From Raja brachyura (taxonomy: Eukaryota), in the NCBI GenBank assembly GCA_963514005.1, contig OY740803.1, forward strand, positions 20,088,001 to 20,152,000: DNA of 64,000 bases. Direction: 5' to 3'. Below, in pieces: positions 59,986 through 64,000 of the stretch. The position numbers and the translations under genes are program-made. Every line of letters starts with the position of its first letter. Position 1 is the first letter of the stretch. Under the pieces are notes generated by a model. The model saw only the letters and a program-made list of their open reading frames with translations. It ran no database searches and was not told where the DNA came from.

Positions 59986-62204
59986 GTAAGTTTGTCTTCG
60001 TGTTTCTTTATCCCAGCCTTGTCCACACTCCGGGACCGACCCGAAAATTACCTATTCCTTCTGTCCAGAGATGCTGCCCAGGCAGCTGAGCTACTCCAGT
60101 ACGTTATGTCTTTATTTGTAACCCCGCAGTTCCTTAGACAGACAGAAAAAACTGGAGTCACTCAGCGGGACAGGCAGCGTCTCTGGAGAGAAGGAATGGG
60201 CGACGTTTCGGGTCGAGATCGTTCTTCTACTCTCCGCAGTTCTTTGATATTTTCCCCCCTTTAACAGCCATTGCAACGATGGGTTGATTATTGGTTCAAC
60301 TCTTTAGTCTTTCTTAGATTGGGTGTAATTCAGACTTTTGAATGTAACTAAACTGACCTGACCTGACCTGACAGACACATTGCAGATTTCTCCCTGTGTC
60401 TGTGTGCATGTGTCTGTGTTTGTCCCCTTCTGTATGGGGTAGACTGACCCCCCACCCTCCCAAATCTTTGCACATCCCCAATCCTTTCCACTCGTCACTT
60501 AAATTTCATGTTTCATGTATTTTACGTTTTTATGACTGTTGGAAGATTAATTTCCCTCCTGGGATAAAAAAAGTTCTATCGTATAGTAGGTGTGAGATAA
60601 GGATAAAAGGAATGCAGATTGTGAAGCCAGAGCAAGGAATATAGGTTGAAGGGGATTGTTTTTTGTACAGTTTGCTGGAATGGGCATATTGTCATATTGG
60701 CTAAGGTGAGGCAGGTGAGGTTTGGATGCGCTGGAGTTGAGAGGATGAGTGAGAGGGGACTGAACGGTTTCATATCCTGCGGTGTTTGTTGGATGGATAT
60801 AGCGAGCAAACATGATAGGGAGGACAGTTCCAAATCTGGAACGAGGTGTAATAGGTCACAAATTAGGAGTTAATATATTAAAGCAGAAATGAGGTGAAAT
60901 TTTGTTCACCCAGAGACTGCGAGCCTTTAGAAGCCTCTTCATCAACAGGCGGTAAAAGTAGAGACATCGGATATGTTTTAAGGTAGAGTTGGATAGTTTC
61001 TCGACAACAAAATAAAGGAATAAAGGGTTACCAGGGGGTAGGCGGGATTTGGTAGATAATGTTACAACCATACCTTTGCATTGAATGACAGAACAGGCTC
61101 GAAAGGCCAAATGCTTTGCCCCTTCTTCTGAATTGCATGTTCAAATTTACATTTTGAACTCAAACGGCCTGGAATCAAGACACAAACTGCTGGAGTAACT
61201 CATCAGGTTAGAGAACATGGTCCTGACCCGAAACGTCACCTAGCCACGTTCTCCACGGATGCTGCCTGACCTGCTGAGTTACTCCAGCACTCTGTGTTAT
61301 TTGTTATAAACCCAACATCTGTAGTCCCTTGTTTTCACTGCCTGTAATTACTGTACATTGTTGTTGCTGTCGTTTTTGTTCTTGGTGTTGCGGTGCTCTC
61401 TTTGTTGGAATTCATAACTTGTTCTCGAATCATTCCATGATCTCTAGTCAATAAAGTTGCAATGTGTCTGCTAATCTGGGCTTGGCATCTGGGCTTGGCA
61501 GTGTCTTCCACACAGGTAATAGAAGTATAAACATGCTGTATGAATAGTGGTTCATATTTGAGGTTCCCTTTTCCTCTTTGCTGTCATCTTTCTCGCTTCC
61601 TCATACAAACTCGTACCTCTTTTTAAGCGAGTACGTCAAACAGGACAAACCAATACTTGTTGCTCACTGTTGTATGTGTCGATGCTGAAACTCTTATGGG
61701 ACGTCCTAACAGTCTTTGAATCATTTCTTCTATCCACACGTGACGGTCTGCCATCAGTCAGTTCTCAGCCTACGATGCAGAGGATGTTTCCACTAGTGGG
61801 AGAGTGTAGGACCAGAGTGCACAGTCTCAGAATAAAAGGACGTACCTATAGACTGTAAATGAGGTGGAATTTCTATAGTCATGGGTGGTGAATCTGTGGA
61901 AATCATTGCCACAGACGGCTGTTTTAGGCCAAGTCAATGGATATTTTTAAAGCAGGGATTGAAGGTCAAAGGTTAGAGGGAGAAGGCAGGATGATGGTGT
62001 TGAGAGGGAAAACTAGATCACTCATGATCAAATGGCGGAGCAAGCTCGATGGGTCGAATGACCTAATTCTTGTCCTATGTCTTATGGTCATGGACCAGAA
62101 CTGTAAGGTGCAGAGAAACCTGGAAAACCTGGAAAAAGTTCTATGTTACTTAAATGGAGCTTTCCTGATCGCTCACGTTGCTTGTCCATCGGGTGTCCAA
62201 GCTA

Positions 62205-63115
62205 TAGTTTAGTGTAGTCTAGAGATACAGTGCCGAAACAGGCCCTTCAGCCCACTGAGTCCGCACCGACTAGGCACCGAGTAGCGATCCCCGCACACTT
62301 ACACTATCCTACACACACTGGGGGCAATTTACTTTTATACCCACAATAATAACATCATAATCATAATCATAATTGTAATTTACATAATTGTAAGTGTGTT
62401 TTGCAACATACGAGGAATTTGATTACATAAAAATGGCATAAACATCCACTGCAGAGGCTCCTCCACACTCCCCACTGTGATTGAAGGCAATAAAGTCTTA
62501 TCTTCTTTCCTCCCGCGGTCGGGAGAGTCCAACCATCCGCAGCCGGTGATCGAGCTCCCTCGTCTGGGCGAACTAAGCTCCTGCATCGGGGCGGTCGAAC
62601 TCCTGTGGCTTGGAGTTCCCAAAATCGGTCCAGTGACAGCGAGCTTCACGATGTTACAGTCTGCAGCTCCCGCAGGTTGAAGCATCAAAGGCTAGCCCCT
62701 GGCAAAAGGTACGCCCGCTCCGAGATGTTAAAGTCCGCAGGCTCTGCGGTTTTGGAACTCTAGAAGTTCCAATCAAGAGGCTGCCAACTCCACAATGTTA
62801 GGCCGCAGTGCAAACGGAGATACGACGCGGGGAAAGTCGCATCTCTGTCGATGAAAGAGATAAGAATAGTTTCCCCCACCCCCCCCCACAAAACTAAAGA
62901 TAAACTAAAACATCCATTTCACAACAAACTAAAAACACAAAGACAGACCGTTGGCGAGGCAGCCATCGTGCACCAATTAACCTACAAACCTGTACGTATT
63001 TGGAGTGTGGGAGGAAAACGAAGATCTCGGAGAAAACCCACGTGGTCACGGGGCAAACGTACGAAATCTGGCACTGCAAGAGCTGTATGGCAGCTACTCC
63101 ACCGCTGTGCCACCC
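62205..63115 (-). mobile_element. HE1-like SINE split by a non-autonomous retroposon (62345-62972, (atcata)n tail)
   Basis: The SINE halves join across the insert. Confidence 0.75.
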
Positions 63116-64000
63116 AATAGACGGTCAGGAAAGTGTGGCGCTCAATCCTGAAATAGGTATCCTGATGGAAAACCATGGAATTACACACACTATCTAAAAT
63201 GAATCTGTTTTCAGTAATTACCCTGATCTTCCATTGAAGGTGCTGAGGGAGACACATGGAACTGCAGATGGTGTAATCTTGAGCAAAACACAAAGTGACG
63301 GAGGAACCCAGTGGGTCAGGCAGCATCTGTGGAGGGAATAGGCAAATTGCATTTCGGGGCTGGAGACGTCTTCAGTCGCAACCTTTCCTCCACAGATGCT
63401 GCCTGAAATGCTAAGATCTTCCTGCACTTTGTGTTTTGCTCTGAGAGACTGGGAAATCCCCAAGAAAATTTACTAACGTGATATGAGGGCTTGATATGAG
63501 GATTTGGAACAAATAAGTTGGCCAGGTACTCTCATTATCTTGAAAATTCAGTAACAACAGAAGTTGAGGAACTATGAAGTCATTAAGACAGGTCACAGAC
63601 TTTTGGATTTCTCTCCCTGATAATTGGAGGAAAACACCAAATAGAATTATTTGTTTTAATTATAGCACTTAATTCTGATGAGCCAAATCAAATGTCACAA
63701 AGATAGACACTGAGTGCTGGAGTAACTCAACATGTCAGGCACCATCCCTGGAGAAAAAGGATGGGTGATGTTTTTGGATTGTGGCCCTTCTACAGAATGT
63801 CACAAAAGTCACAAATATGATTTATTGTTTAAGGTTCTAGTTATATGAAACTCCTGACAAAACCTAACATGATATATCAGCAATGTAAACCAATGTTTCT
63901 TTCGATTTAGTACACAGTACAACACTGGAACAGGCCCTTCGACCCACAAACATCCGTGCTAACTAAGATGGTAAGTTAAAGCTAATCTCCTCTGCCTGCA

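Overview
Repeat-rich vertebrate genomic DNA, most likely from a cartilaginous fish such as a skate or ray. This is inferred from the HE1-like tRNA-derived SINEs and the CR1/HER1-like, Rex1-like and Penelope repeats. Most ORFs in the supplied track are spurious or transposon-derived. Host genes: (1) a complete spliced + strand gene for a ~198-aa type I membrane protein with one atypical IgV domain (coding exons 16885-16948, 17714-18049, 27123-27266, 29245-29289, 30610-30617), plus a disabled tandem copy of its V exon; (2) a probable leader exon of a divergent - strand gene (831-940) next to a CpG/ISRE-containing promoter region (~2.2-3.0 kb); (3) an NF-kB/IRF-motif-rich first exon of another + strand gene (~59.6-60.0 kb). 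Mobile DNA: an 11.5-kb hAT transposon (42585-54120) carrying a near-complete DIRS1 tyrosine-recombinase retrotransposon, an in-frame Harbinger MITE and other passengers; a second, degenerate DIRS; a composite Helitron with four 5' ends; two nested CR1 LINE clusters; and a Neptune-like Penelope element. About 20 short Penelope-derived elements carry minimal hammerhead-ribozyme motifs, some with target-site duplications and some as fold-back dimers. All calls come from reading the sequence; no database searches were run and boundaries of old repeats are approximate.
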